DNA of 64,000 nt from an uncultured Microbacterium sp. (lineage in GTDB: Bacteria; Actinomycetota; Actinomycetes; Actinomycetales; Microbacteriaceae): contig CALKHM010000104.1 in assembly GCA_937988695.1 (NCBI GenBank), positions 35,131-99,130 of the forward strand. The letters are read 5' to 3'. The position numbers and the translations under genes are program-made. Shown one piece after another: positions 38,675 through 49,049 of the stretch. Under the pieces are notes generated by a model that saw only the letters and a program-made list of their open reading frames with translations, was not told where the DNA came from and made no database searches. Position 1 is the stretch's first letter. Every line of letters begins with the position of its first letter.

Positions 38675-41600
38675 GCGGACGCACCTCCCGGGGCCGGCTC
38701 GGGCACGAGGGCATCGTGCTCACCGGTGACCCGCTGGACCGCCTCGCGCTCCACCTGGCGCCGCTCGAAGAGCAGGTACAGGAGCGGCAGCACGAGCAGC
38801 GTGAGCAGCGTCGCGGTGATGAGCCCCCCGATGACGACCGTGGCGAGTGGCCGCTGGACCTCGGCGCCGGCTCCGTGCGACAGTGCCATCGGGATGAACC
38901 CGAGACTGGCGACGAGCGCCGTCATCAGCACGGGCCGGAGGCGCGTCAGTCCGCCCTCCCGGACCGCCTCCTCGAGCGATCGGCCGTGCTGCCGGAGCTC
39001 GTTGATGTAGGTGACCATCACGAGGCCGTTGAGCACCGCGACGCCGAAGAGGGCGATGAAGCCCACGCCGGCCGAGATGCTGAATGGCATGCCGCGAAGG
39101 AAGAGCGCGAACACGCCGCCCACCGTGGCGAGCGGGATGCCCGTGAAGACGAGCGCCGCCTGCCGCAACGAGTTGAACGTCGCGAAGAGGAGCAGGAAGA
39201 TGAGCAGCAGGGAGAGCGGCACGACCAGCATGAGGCGCCGACTCGCCCGTTCCAGGTTCTCGAACTGCCCGCCGAAATCGGGGCGGTAGCCGGTCGGAAG
39301 CTCGATCGTCCCGTTGTCGAAGAGTGCGCGCACGTCGGCGACGAAGCTGCCGATGTCGCGCCCCCGTACGTTCCCCTCGACAATGACGAGCCGCGACCCA
39401 TTCTCGTGGCTGATCTCGGCCGGGCCGTCCACCTCCTCCACCCGCGCCAGGGTGCCGAGTGGGACGCGCTCGCCGGTCGGCGCGCTCACCAGGATACTGC
39501 TGATGGTGCCGGCGTTGCGCCGCGCGTCTTCCGGGAAGCGCACGGTGAGCGCGAACCGACGTTGGCCCTCGAGCACCTGCGACACCTGCGTGCCGCCCAG
39601 TGCCTCGACGATCTGCATGACGTCCGCGGAGTTGATGCCGTAGCGCGCGAGCTGGTCGGGCAGCACCGTGATCTGGAGCTGGGGCATTCCCTCGAGCTGC
39701 TGCGCCTTGAACCCGGTCGCCCCCTCCAGTTTCGAGACCTCCGCCACCACCTGGTTGGCGGCCCGGCTCAACTGGTCGAGGTCGTCCCCGTAGATCTTGA
39801 TCGCGAGATCGCTGCGTACGCCCGCGACCAGCTCGTTGACGCGCAGCTCGATGGGCTGGCTGAAGCTCACGACCAGGCCGGGGATCTTCGATAGGGCCTC
39901 GGACATCGCCACCTCCAGCTCCTCCTTCGTCTCCGCCCGCGTCCAACCCTCCCGCGGCTTGAGCATGACGAAGATGTCGCTGATGTTGACGCCCATGGGG
40001 TCGGTCGCGATCTCGGCGCGCCCGGTCTTCGCCACCACGTCCTTGACTTCGTCCGGGAACTCGGTGTGCAGCACCTGCTCGAGCTGGGTGGTCTGCCGAA
40101 CGGACTCTTCGAGCGAGACGCTCGGCAACCGCAGCACCTGAAGGGCGAACTCGCCCTCGTCGAGCTGTGGAATGAATTCCGAGCCCAGGAACGGTGCCGC
40201 CGCGAGCGCCAGCACGACCGCCGTCGCGGCCCCGGCGAGCACCTTGCGGCTGTGCGAGAGCGTCCACGCGAACGTCGGCTCGTAGATCCGCTTCGCCTGC
40301 CGCATGAGCCAGACGTCCTTCTCCACCGCCTTCCCCTTGAGGAAGAGCGAGATGAGCACCGGAGTGAGGAGGAAGGTGAGCAGGAGCGAGCCGACGAGCG
40401 CGAACACCACCGTGAGCGCCATCGGCTTGAACATCTTCCCCTCGACACCCTCGAGGGTGAGGATGGGCAGGTAGACGACGATGATGATGCCGACGCCGAA
40501 GAGGATCGGCCGCGCTACTTCCGCGCACCCCTCCAGCACCGTGTGCAGGAAGCTCTCGCCCGGCTTGCGGTGCCCCAACCGGCGCATCGAGTTCTCGACC
40601 ATCACCACCGAGCCGTCCACCACGAGGCCGAAATCGATCGCGCCGAGGCTCATCAGGCTCCCGGCGATGCCGGCCTTCACCATCATGCTGAGGGCGAAGA
40701 ACATCGAGAGCGGGATGGCGAGCGCCACGATCAGCGCCGCCCGGATGTTCCCGAGCAGAAGGAAGAGTACCGCGATGACGAGCACCGCGCCCTCGATCAG
40801 GTTCTTCTCGACCGTCTTGATGGTGCGATTGACGAGTTCCGCCCGGTCGTAGAACGGCGTGAGCCGCACGCCCTCGGGCAGGCTCTTCGCCGCCTGCTCG
40901 AACTTCTCCTTCACGGCGTTGACGACGGTGCGTGAGTTCTCGCCCATGCGCATCATGACGATGCCGGTGACCACCTCGCCGGTGCCGTCCTTCGTGACGG
41001 CGCCTTGGCGGATCGTCGATCCGATCGCGACTTCGGCGACGTCCGCGACGCGCACCGGCGTACCGCCGCGGCTCGCGACGACGATGTTGCGGATCTGGTC
41101 GAGGTCCTGCACCTGGCCGACGCCGCGGATGACGAGTTGCTCGGCACCCTTGGCGATGTAGCCGCCGCCGGCGTTCTGGTTGTTGGCGGCCACCGCGTCG
41201 AGCACCTGCTGGAGCGTCAGGTCGAACTGGACGAGGGCCTCAGGACGGACGAGGACCTGGTACTGCTTCTCGAAGCCGCCGAAGGAGTTGACCTCAGCGA
41301 CCCCAGGCACGGCGCGGAGCTGCGGTGCCACGACCCAGTCCTGCAACGTCCGGAGCTCGGTGGCGTCGATGCCGGAGCCTGAGTCCGCCTCGAGCGTGTA
41401 CTGGAAGACTTCACCCAGCCCCGTCGAGATCGGCCCCATCTCCGGCGTGCCGTAACCCTCGGGGATCTCCTCACGCGCCTGCTGCAGCCGTTCCTGCACC
41501 TGCTGGCGCGCGAAGTAGATGTCCGTCCCCTCGTCGAAGACGACGGTCACCTGTGAAAGGCCAAACTTGGAGATGGAGCGGATCTCCTCCAGGTTCGGGA

Positions 41601-41823
41601 GCCCGAACATCGCGAGCTCCACGGGGAGCGTGACCTGCCGCTCGACCTCGGTGGGCGACAGGGCGGCCGCGTTCGTGTTGATCTGGACCTGCACGTTCGT
41701 CACGTCCGGCACCGCGTCGATCGGGAGCCGGATGGCGCTCCAGATCCCGACGCCGACGAGCAGCGCCGTCAGCGCGAGGATCAGGAGGCGTTGCTTCAGG
41801 ACGAAGCCGATGATGGATCGCAT
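38671..41823 (-). CDS. czcA: CzcA heavy-metal RND permease
   Basis: DAVPDVTNVQVQ, SLGAIDFGLVVDG and RLRPVLMT. Confidence 0.96.
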   Translation of the reverse strand: MRSIIGFVLKQRLLILALTALLVGVGIWSAIRLPIDAVPDVTNVQVQINTNAAALSPTEVERQVTLPVELAMFGLPNLEEIRSISKFGLSQVTVVFDEGTDIYFARQQVQERLQQAREEIPEGYGTPEMGPISTGLGEVFQYTLEADSGSGIDATELRTLQDWVVAPQLRAVPGVAEVNSFGGFEKQYQVLVRPEALVQFDLTLQQVLDAVAANNQNAGGGYIAKGAEQLVIRGVGQVQDLDQIRNIVVASRGGTPVRVADVAEVAIGSTIRQGAVTKDGTGEVVTGIVMMRMGENSRTVVNAVKEKFEQAAKSLPEGVRLTPFYDRAELVNRTIKTVEKNLIEGAVLVIAVLFLLLGNIRAALIVALAIPLSMFFALSMMVKAGIAGSLMSLGAIDFGLVVDGSVVMVENSMRRLGHRKPGESFLHTVLEGCAEVARPILFGVGIIIVVYLPILTLEGVEGKMFKPMALTVVFALVGSLLLTFLLTPVLISLFLKGKAVEKDVWLMRQAKRIYEPTFAWTLSHSRKVLAGAATAVVLALAAAPFLGSEFIPQLDEGEFALQVLRLPSVSLEESVRQTTQLEQVLHTEFPDEVKDVVAKTGRAEIATDPMGVNISDIFVMLKPREGWTRAETKEELEVAMSEALSKIPGLVVSFSQPIELRVNELVAGVRSDLAIKIYGDDLDQLSRAANQVVAEVSKLEGATGFKAQQLEGMPQLQITVLPDQLARYGINSADVMQIVEALGGTQVSQVLEGQRRFALTVRFPEDARRNAGTISSILVSAPTGERVPLGTLARVEEVDGPAEISHENGSRLVIVEGNVRGRDIGSFVADVRALFDNGTIELPTGYRPDFGGQFENLERASRRLMLVVPLSLLLIFLLLFATFNSLRQAALVFTGIPLATVGGVFALFLRGMPFSISAGVGFIALFGVAVLNGLVMVTYINELRQHGRSLEEAVREGGLTRLRPVLMTALVASLGFIPMALSHGAGAEVQRPLATVVIGGLITATLLTLLVLPLLYLLFERRQVEREAVQRVTGEHDALVPEPAPGGASA

Positions 41824-41841
41824 GAGGGACTCCTCGTGGGG

Positions 41842-43065
41842 TTAGTGTCCGGACTCCCCGATCTCGCCCTTGCTGAGCTCGGAGCGGAGCGCGAACGCCC
41901 CCGCGATGACGATGCGGCTGCCGGGCGCGAGCCCGGAGAGGATGATGACGCGGCTGCCCTCGATCGTCTCACCGACTTCGACCGGGATGGGACGGAACTC
42001 GCCGGGCCTGTCGCCGGGGACGAAGACGACGCGCCGCCCCTCGAACTCCTGCAGGGCGCCCTGTGGCACGACCGCCAGCGCCGGCCCGCCGCCGCCCACC
42101 TGGATGGTCGCCGTGGCGAACATGCCCGGTTTGAGGGCGCCGTTGGGGTTCGGGATCTCGACACGGGCTCGCACGGTGCGCTTGGCGGCGTCGAGCACGT
42201 CGCCGATGTAGACGATCCGCCCCGGGAAGGTGCGCCCCGGATAGGCGGTCGTGGTCACGGCGACCGACTGGCCGACGCGGACGCGTGCGAGGTCGCGCTC
42301 GAAGATGTCGAGTTCGATCCACAGCCGCGACAGGTCGGCGACGGTGAACAGCGTGTCCGTGCGCTCCGCCATCTCGCCGAGGCTCGCGTCGCGTGCCACG
42401 ACGGTGCCGGCGAACGGCGCGACCACGCCGAACTCGCTCCCCGTTCCATGCCCCGCGCCGAGCGCGCCCAGGCGCGCCTCGGCGCTCTCTAGTGCCGCCT
42501 CATTGCGGCGGAGCTGTGCCTCGGCGTCCAGCAGCTCCTTGCGGCTCGAGATGCCCTGCTCGGCGAGCCGCTGTTCGCGCGCATAGTTCTCTCTGGCGAT
42601 CTCCACGAGCTGCTCGGCTTCCCGCTCCTCGGCGCGGAGCTGACCGACGTCGGGGCTCTCCAGCACCGCGAGTACCTGACCGCGGCGCACACGCGCCCCG
42701 AGATCGGCACGCACGGCGACTATGCGTCCGTTGGTGCGCGAGCCCACGTGGCTCACGAGGTTCGCGTCGTACGTGATGGCGCCCGTGACCGGAAGACCGC
42801 TCGTTGTGATCGACTCGACGGTGCCGACCTCGATGCCGCCGAGGCGGAGCCCTGTCGTGTCGAGCACGACGACCTCCTCACCTGCGTGGTCGTCGCCTGC
42901 AGCGGACTCACCGCCCTCTGCCGTCGCGGGCGCACCCTCCGCCCCTTCGGACGGCTCGGCATCGCCGCGGTTGCAGGCGCCGAGCGTGAACACGCCGATG
43001 AGCAGCAGGAGCAGGGTGAGGGGCCTCGCGCTCAGCGGCCGCGAGACGTTCGTGAGGGGGGTCAT
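41842..43065 (-). CDS. czcB: CzcB membrane fusion protein
   Basis: Lipobox LGAC, LKPGMF; MFP pattern. Confidence 0.92.
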   Translation of the reverse strand: MTPLTNVSRPLSARPLTLLLLLIGVFTLGACNRGDAEPSEGAEGAPATAEGGESAAGDDHAGEEVVVLDTTGLRLGGIEVGTVESITTSGLPVTGAITYDANLVSHVGSRTNGRIVAVRADLGARVRRGQVLAVLESPDVGQLRAEEREAEQLVEIARENYAREQRLAEQGISSRKELLDAEAQLRRNEAALESAEARLGALGAGHGTGSEFGVVAPFAGTVVARDASLGEMAERTDTLFTVADLSRLWIELDIFERDLARVRVGQSVAVTTTAYPGRTFPGRIVYIGDVLDAAKRTVRARVEIPNPNGALKPGMFATATIQVGGGGPALAVVPQGALQEFEGRRVVFVPGDRPGEFRPIPVEVGETIEGSRVIILSGLAPGSRIVIAGAFALRSELSKGEIGESGH

Positions 43066-44651
43066 GGGGAGGTCCTGAAAGAGGAGTCAGCCGGGGCCGG
43101 TCCATCGACCGTGCCGGCGTTGCGTGGCTGGAGCGAGGCGGCAGGCGGCGTGAGGGCGCCGGTCGCCGCCTCGAGTTGCACGAGCGCCTCTCGCTGGGCG
43201 AGCCAGGCGTCCCAATAGCCGAGTTCCGCGTCGAGAAGCTGGTTGCGTAGCAGGAGCAGCGTCGGGAGGTCGATCTTGCCCGCGCGATACGCGGTCTCTA
43301 GCAGCTCGATGTTCGTGCGTGCCGGGCGCAGGACCGACGTCTCGAAGACGGCTGCCTCCTCCGAGGCCGTCCGGTACGCACGGGCCGCCTGCGCCACATC
43401 GGCGCGGATGCCGAGCTCAGTGGCGCGCCGATCGAGCCGCGCCTGCTCCGTGAGCGCTCGGCGCTGGTCGACCAGACCCTGGTTGCGGTTGAAGAGCGGG
43501 AGGCTGAACCCGATGGCTGGCCCGATCTCGGGCGAGCCGTCGCCCCCCGCACGCTCCACGGCGGCGCCGAGGCGCAGGTTCGGGAGCGCCTCGCGGCGGG
43601 CGAGCCTGGTGAGCGTCTCCGCCTCGCGAACGGCCGCCGTGCTCGCTGCCAGGTCCGGTCGCCGCGCGAGGGCGAGCGCGACCAGGGAGTCCGGGTCGAG
43701 TACGGCGGGATCAGGGGCCGCCGGCAGGGCTGCGGCGACTGGCCTCGGCATGGGCTGCGGCGTCAATACGACACCGGCTGCACCCGCTGTGCCCCCTGCG
43801 TCGGCAGCGAGCCGAACTGGCGTGTCGGGCGTGAGGCCGATGAACTGCTTGAGCTCGAGCTCGTCGCTCGTCGCCACGCGCTGCGCCGTCAGGACGCGAC
43901 CGCGCGCGCGTCCGGCCTCGATCTCGGCTAGGTTCGCCTCCAGCGTGCTGATCTCGCCCTCGGCGAGCTGGGTACGCACGGCCGCGAGCAGGCGCTCGGT
44001 GAGCGCCAGGGCGTCCTGCGCCACGGACAGTCGGCGCTCAGCAGCGAGGGCGCGATAGAACCCGGCGCTCGCCTCGGCGAGGGTGAGGCGACCCGCGTTC
44101 TGGACGACCGCCGAGGCGCGGGTGAGCCCGGTGCGGGCGGCGCCGATGCGGAGCCCGCGCTGCCCGGCCCACTCGACATCCTGAGTGAGGGCGAGCTCGT
44201 AGGGGCTCCCCGACCCTCCGAAGCTGCCGCCGACGGCCTGTAGCGAGAGATTCGGATTGAACTGATAGACCCGCGCCTGGCGCAGCTCGCCGCCGGCGAT
44301 CGCCGTCTCCTGTCGCGTGGCGAGGAGGGTCGGATTCTGGCGGATGACGAGGCGATGTACGTCGGCCAGCGACAGCGTGAGCGTGTCCGACGCCGTGGCG
44401 CCTCGCGTGACCTGGGCCGCTGCCGGAGAAGCCACCGCCACGCTCGCCGCCAGGATGGTTGCCGTGACGAGCGTCAGGTGGCAGAGTGTCCGGCGGCCGG
44501 TGTAGCGAACGGCCCGGTCAGCGACCGGTGAGGGTGGTGTCGGCGCGGTTCCGCGGACCCCACGGATCGGATGTGCTGATGAACGACCGAACCCTGGCGC
44601 CGTCCCTGGGACGGCAGCCGCGGTCGGTGAGTGAGCGAATGGCACGTGCAC
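43062..44651 (-). CDS. czcC: CzcC/TolC outer membrane factor
   Basis: LPLFNRNQG and AYRAGK; GGGAGAG upstream of GTG. Confidence 0.9.
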   Translation of the reverse strand: MHVPFAHSPTAAAVPGTAPGFGRSSAHPIRGVRGTAPTPPSPVADRAVRYTGRRTLCHLTLVTATILAASVAVASPAAAQVTRGATASDTLTLSLADVHRLVIRQNPTLLATRQETAIAGGELRQARVYQFNPNLSLQAVGGSFGGSGSPYELALTQDVEWAGQRGLRIGAARTGLTRASAVVQNAGRLTLAEASAGFYRALAAERRLSVAQDALALTERLLAAVRTQLAEGEISTLEANLAEIEAGRARGRVLTAQRVATSDELELKQFIGLTPDTPVRLAADAGGTAGAAGVVLTPQPMPRPVAAALPAAPDPAVLDPDSLVALALARRPDLAASTAAVREAETLTRLARREALPNLRLGAAVERAGGDGSPEIGPAIGFSLPLFNRNQGLVDQRRALTEQARLDRRATELGIRADVAQAARAYRTASEEAAVFETSVLRPARTNIELLETAYRAGKIDLPTLLLLRNQLLDAELGYWDAWLAQREALVQLEAATGALTPPAASLQPRNAGTVDGPAPADSSFRTSP

Positions 44652-44872
44652 GTCTCTCCCGGTATCGTCCTCGCTCGACGGACCCGATGCGTACCGACTG
44701 GATGGGCGAACGCGCGCCCGAATCCGGGCGGCATGCGGCCGTCGCGGTGAGACGCGACGGAGTCGGGTCGAGCGGCGAGTTGTGTGGGGCCTGCCCGCGG
44801 GTGGGGCAGGGGCGCGGCGCAGGTGAGAACGCGCCGGCCGTCATGGCCGGGCGTCAGCGCCGCGAGAGAGAC

Positions 44873-45304
44873 TCAGGCGATCGGAGGGCGGAGCTGCGGC
44901 TCGCCGCTGCGGCTCGCCGGCGCCTGATCACCGAACGCGACCGGCGGGGTGTGGCTGACGCCGAGTTCCGCCGCGAACGAGGTCGGGTCCTGTAGCCAGC
45001 CGCCGTGCACGTGCACGCAATGGCAGGCGTGCTGCGTATGCCCCGAGTGACCGGGGGCACGCTCGCCTGGGTGGTCGTCGGGCACGTCGGCCTGCGCTCC
45101 CACGTGCGCCGCATCCTGCGTGTCGCCGTGGGAGACGTGGGTGGCGGCGTGATCGCCCGCCCCATCGGCCCGCACCAGCTCCTCGTGCGTCGCATCTCCG
45201 TCGTGCACATCCGCGAGCAGCGCCTCGGCCGTGAACATGCCGAAGCACAGTGCGAGCACGCACGCCGTCAGGCGGCGGAGGAGGGCGACACGACGGAAGA
45301 GCAT
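44873..45304 (-). CDS. His-rich CutF/CzcI-like leader protein of the czc operon
   Basis: RRLTACV signal/TM, His/Asp-rich middle, HACHCVHVH, C-terminal PQLRPPIA. Confidence 0.8.
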   Translation of the reverse strand: MLFRRVALLRRLTACVLALCFGMFTAEALLADVHDGDATHEELVRADGAGDHAATHVSHGDTQDAAHVGAQADVPDDHPGERAPGHSGHTQHACHCVHVHGGWLQDPTSFAAELGVSHTPPVAFGDQAPASRSGEPQLRPPIA

Positions 45305-45427
45305 CAGGAAAAATATACCACTGGAGGGGGCCGGCGTTCTACGACCTCAGGCTGTCGCCTAGACGGGCGATCCTTCGTCGGCCACGCTGACGTCGATCAA
45401 GCCGGTCTCGAGGAGCCAGGACCACGC

Positions 45428-45477
45428 TTGACTGCGTCAGTGAGGGCATCTAGGCTACACATGAACGAGCGTACATG
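45428..45477 (+). promoter_or_regulatory. ArsR/SmtB promoter-operator
   Basis: TTGACT, 17 bp, TAGGCT, then dyad CATGAACG-AG-CGTACATG. Confidence 0.8.
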
Positions 45478-45495
45478 CGTACGGAGGAGTCTACC

Positions 45496-45879
45496 ATGGG
45501 AGTGACGTCAAGGCAAGATGGGGCGGATCTGTGCGAGGTGCAGTGCGTGGACCCCGAAAAGGTCGCGCGTGCCGCCCGAACGATGCTATCCGTCGAGACC
45601 GTCACTCAGGCCACCGAGACGCTGCGTGCGCTCGGTGATCCAACCCGGCTCCGTATCGTGCGGGCGCTGATGACGGAGGAGCTCTGCGTGTGCGATCTCG
45701 CGACCCTGGTCGGCCACACGCAGCCGACGGTCTCGCACTCTCTACGTGCCCTGCGACAGCTTCGCCTCGTGCGGTTCCGTAAGGAGGGGAAGATCGCCTA
45801 TTACTCGCTCGCGGATGCGCACGTGGCGCGGCTGCTGGACGAGATCTTCCAGCACATCGAGGAGCCTGAGGGCGGCTGA
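45496..45879 (+). CDS. ArsR/SmtB (CadC-like) repressor
   Basis: N-terminal CEVQC, DPTRLRI, ELCVCD; GGAGGAG RBS. Confidence 0.92.
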   Translation: MGVTSRQDGADLCEVQCVDPEKVARAARTMLSVETVTQATETLRALGDPTRLRIVRALMTEELCVCDLATLVGHTQPTVSHSLRALRQLRLVRFRKEGKIAYYSLADAHVARLLDEIFQHIEEPEGG

Positions 45880-46793
45880 TGGCGACCCAGCAGTCGAGCA
45901 CCGGGTCAGGCGCCGCTGATGGCGCGCCTGTCGAGCCGGTTCGCTACCGCGTCACGGGCATGGACTGCGCCGATGACGCCGCCGAGATCGAGCAGGCTGC
46001 GCGTGCTGTGCCGGGCGTCGAAACGGTAAGGGTGTCCACGGCCACGCAGGTCATGACCGTCCGTTGCAGTGACCTCGGCGCGCTGACGGAGGCCGAGTGC
46101 GCAGTAGCCGGTATCGGCTACCGGCTCGACCGGCTCGACGGGCGGGCGCCGGCCCGTGGTACGGACACGGCGGGCGACGACGACGACCTGCCCAAGGACC
46201 TGAGCCACATCACGCCGGCCTACAAGCGCGCCCTGTGGATCGTGGTCCTGTTGAACGCGGGCTACGGTGTCATCCAGATGGCCGCCGGCTACCTCGCGGA
46301 CTCGCAGGCACTGAAGGCCGACGCGCTCGATCTGCTCGGCGACGGCCTCATCACCTTCCTCGGGCTCGCCGCCATCGGCTGGAGCCTCGTGTGGCGCGCT
46401 CGCGCGGCGCTAGTGCAGGGGCTCTTCCTTGGCGCGCTGGGGATCGGCGTCCTCGTGAACACGGTGTACCGCGTCCTGGTGCTGAGCCAGCCGGAGGCCG
46501 AGGCGATGGGACTGTTCGGTGGGATCGCCCTCCTCGTGAACGTCGCGGCAGCGCTGGTCCTTCTCCCGCACCGGAGCGGCGACGCCAACGTGCGCGCCGT
46601 ATGGCACTTCTCGCGCAACGACGCCATCGGCAATCTCGCTGTCATCATCGCCGCCGGCCTCGTGGCCTGGACGGGGACGCCGTGGCCGGACCTCGTCGTG
46701 GCGTTCGTGATCGCCGGCCTGTTTCTGCAGTCGTCGTGGACCATCGTCCGCGATGCGCGGGCCGATCTGCTTGAAGCCCGCAACGAACGGTGA
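45879..46793 (+). CDS. HMA domain fused to a CDF-like cation transporter
   Basis: GMDCADD HMA; SQALKADALD and SRNDAIGN. Confidence 0.85.
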   Translation: MATQQSSTGSGAADGAPVEPVRYRVTGMDCADDAAEIEQAARAVPGVETVRVSTATQVMTVRCSDLGALTEAECAVAGIGYRLDRLDGRAPARGTDTAGDDDDLPKDLSHITPAYKRALWIVVLLNAGYGVIQMAAGYLADSQALKADALDLLGDGLITFLGLAAIGWSLVWRARAALVQGLFLGALGIGVLVNTVYRVLVLSQPEAEAMGLFGGIALLVNVAAALVLLPHRSGDANVRAVWHFSRNDAIGNLAVIIAAGLVAWTGTPWPDLVVAFVIAGLFLQSSWTIVRDARADLLEARNER

Positions 46794-47486
46794 GCACCAT
46801 ACGAACGCACGGAGAACGGGCTCTGTTCTCTCCGCATTCGCCGCCTGTCTCGCGACGAGTGCCGGCGCTCGTGGCCACGGCCGGTGTCGCACTCAGCCTC
46901 GTCGCAGCCGGCGCTCTCGGATGGCGTCTCGCCGCTCACCGCTGGCGCCTGCCATGTCCCACGTGGCTCGTCTGGCTCGTGCATGGGTATGGTCGCGGGC
47001 GCCGCGACACTGCTCGATCGAGCAGCCATCGGTCCCGGGATGCGTGTGCTCGATGCGGGCTGCGGACCGGGGCGCCTGACGCTTCCGGCCGCCGCGCGAG
47101 TCGGACCAGGCGGCGAGGTCGTCGCGCTCGACCTGCAGGCGGCGATGCTCGCGACGGTCCGTGCGCGTGTCGCCGAGCAAGGGCTCGCGAACGTGCGCAC
47201 CGTCCTTGGTCCGCTGGAGCGTGGCATCCAGCCGATTGGTGCCTTCGATTGCGCGTTGCTCGTCGCCGTCCTCGGCGAGATTCCACACCGGGAGCGCGCG
47301 CTGCGCGCCCTTCACGCGTCGCTCCGGCCGGGCGGTTTTCTCTCGGTAACCGAGATCATGCCTGACCCACACTATCAGACCCGCGGTACGGTGCGGCGCC
47401 TGGCGAAGGCGGCCGGCTTCCAACACGACCGGACGTACCGGTCGCCCCTCGCGTTCACGATGAACTTCAGGAAGCCGTCGCGATGA
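46790..47486 (+). pseudogene. Class I SAM-dependent methyltransferase, frameshifted near 46980
   Basis: N-terminal TM and LPCPTWL in one frame; VLDAGCGPG...LGEIP...DPHY in another. Confidence 0.7.
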
Positions 47487-48451
47487 TCCCCTACCTCGAG
47501 CAGCCGACGGTGACGCTTGGGCCGCTCACAATTCATGCGTTCGGTGCGATCGTCGCGGCCGCAGTGCTTGTCGGGCTCGCGCTTGGTGGACGGCGTTTCG
47601 CGCAGCATGGTCTCGATCGGGCACTGGGTGAGCGCCTGGCGTGGTGGGCCGTGATCGGCGGCTTCGTCGGCGCCCACCTCTTCTCGGTGCTCTTCTACTT
47701 CCCACACGAGGTGGCCGAGAATCCGCTCGTCTTGCTCAAGCTCTGGGAGGACATCAGCTCGTTCGGCAGCATCCTGGGTGGCCTCCTCGGAATTTGGCTC
47801 TTCTTCCGGCTCAGGGCACCGGAGGTGGATTCGGCCTCGCGTTGGGCGTATCTCGACGTCGCCGCCTTCGTCTTCCCGGTCTCGCTCATGATCGGCCGGA
47901 TCGCCTGCAGCCTGGCACACGATCACCCGGGCACGCTCACCACGTGGCCCCTCGCCGTGAGCCTCGAGAGCGCCGAGGCGCGTGCGTACATCGCCGGTGT
48001 CTACCAGGCGGCCGGCCGCGCGGCGGAGCTCCCACCAGCGCCGACGCTGGCGCGGCTCGGGTTCCACGATCTCGGATGGTACGAGCTCCTGTATCTCGGT
48101 GCCGTCATGGTGCCGATTCTCGTGTGGCTCGACCGACGCCGGCGGGTGCCGGGTACGTTCCTTCTCGGCTTCCTGCTGGCGTACCTACCCGTCCGCTTCC
48201 TCCTCGACTTCCTCCGCGTCGCGGACGCCCGCTACGCCGGGTTGACGCCGGCGCAGTGGACCGCGCTCGCCGGATTGCTGGTCGCCGTCCCGTACGTGGC
48301 TGTGGTCGTGGCGCGCGGGCGTGGCCTGTCTGGTCGCATGGTGTCCGCTCCGACGGAGGCGCGCCGTGCTCAGACTGGAACATCTCGTGACCCGATGCGC
48401 GATCTGCGTTCCGATGCCGAGCCTGGCCTCAACGACAAGAGCAATCAGTGA
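47483..48451 (+). CDS. lgt: Prolipoprotein diacylglyceryl transferase family protein
   Basis: GPLTIHAFG, GRIAC..AHDHPG, YE and RFLLDFLR. Confidence 0.8.
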   Translation: MIPYLEQPTVTLGPLTIHAFGAIVAAAVLVGLALGGRRFAQHGLDRALGERLAWWAVIGGFVGAHLFSVLFYFPHEVAENPLVLLKLWEDISSFGSILGGLLGIWLFFRLRAPEVDSASRWAYLDVAAFVFPVSLMIGRIACSLAHDHPGTLTTWPLAVSLESAEARAYIAGVYQAAGRAAELPPAPTLARLGFHDLGWYELLYLGAVMVPILVWLDRRRRVPGTFLLGFLLAYLPVRFLLDFLRVADARYAGLTPAQWTALAGLLVAVPYVAVVVARGRGLSGRMVSAPTEARRAQTGTSRDPMRDLRSDAEPGLNDKSNQ

Positions 48452-48464
48452 GCACCGCGACACC

Positions 48465-49049
48465 ATGACTCCTTCCCAACCGTCACTCGTGCACCAGCCG
48501 ACATCTCAGCCAGCGCATCCGCGGCTGTTCTGGGGCGTCGCGGCCACGGTGGTGGTCCTCGACGTCGTAACGAAGGAGCTTGCGCGCCGGCTGCTCGTGC
48601 TCGAGCTCGTGCCGCGCGAGATCGTCGGCGACGTGCTGCGCCTGTCCCTTTCCTACAATCCGGGCGCGGCGTTCGGGCTGTCGGTCGGTGCGTACTCCCG
48701 GTGGTTCTTCACGGTGCTCGCCAGCGTCATCCTCGTGGTGCTCTGGCGCATCTACCATGACACGCCGCCGGGCCATCGGCTCCGGGTCGTCGCGCTCGCC
48801 CTCGTGTCCGGTGGTGCCGTGGGCAACGTCATCAACCGGCTGTGGTCCGAGCGCGGCGTCGTCGACTTCATCGACGTCGGCATCGGCACGCACCGCTGGC
48901 CGACGTTCAACGTGGCGGACATGGGAGTCTCAATGGGCGCCCTGCTCCTCGCCTTCGTGCTGCACCGTCATGAGACGCCGCAGGCCGAGCGGCGGGATGG
49001 GCAGGAGCGACCCACAGAGGCGCGGACACGGGGGCGCAATCGCACATGA
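48465..49049 (+). CDS. lspA: Lipoprotein signal peptidase II
   Basis: NPGAAFG, GAVGN, VVDFI and FNVAD. Confidence 0.92.
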   Translation: MTPSQPSLVHQPTSQPAHPRLFWGVAATVVVLDVVTKELARRLLVLELVPREIVGDVLRLSLSYNPGAAFGLSVGAYSRWFFTVLASVILVVLWRIYHDTPPGHRLRVVALALVSGGAVGNVINRLWSERGVVDFIDVGIGTHRWPTFNVADMGVSMGALLLAFVLHRHETPQAERRDGQERPTEARTRGRNRT

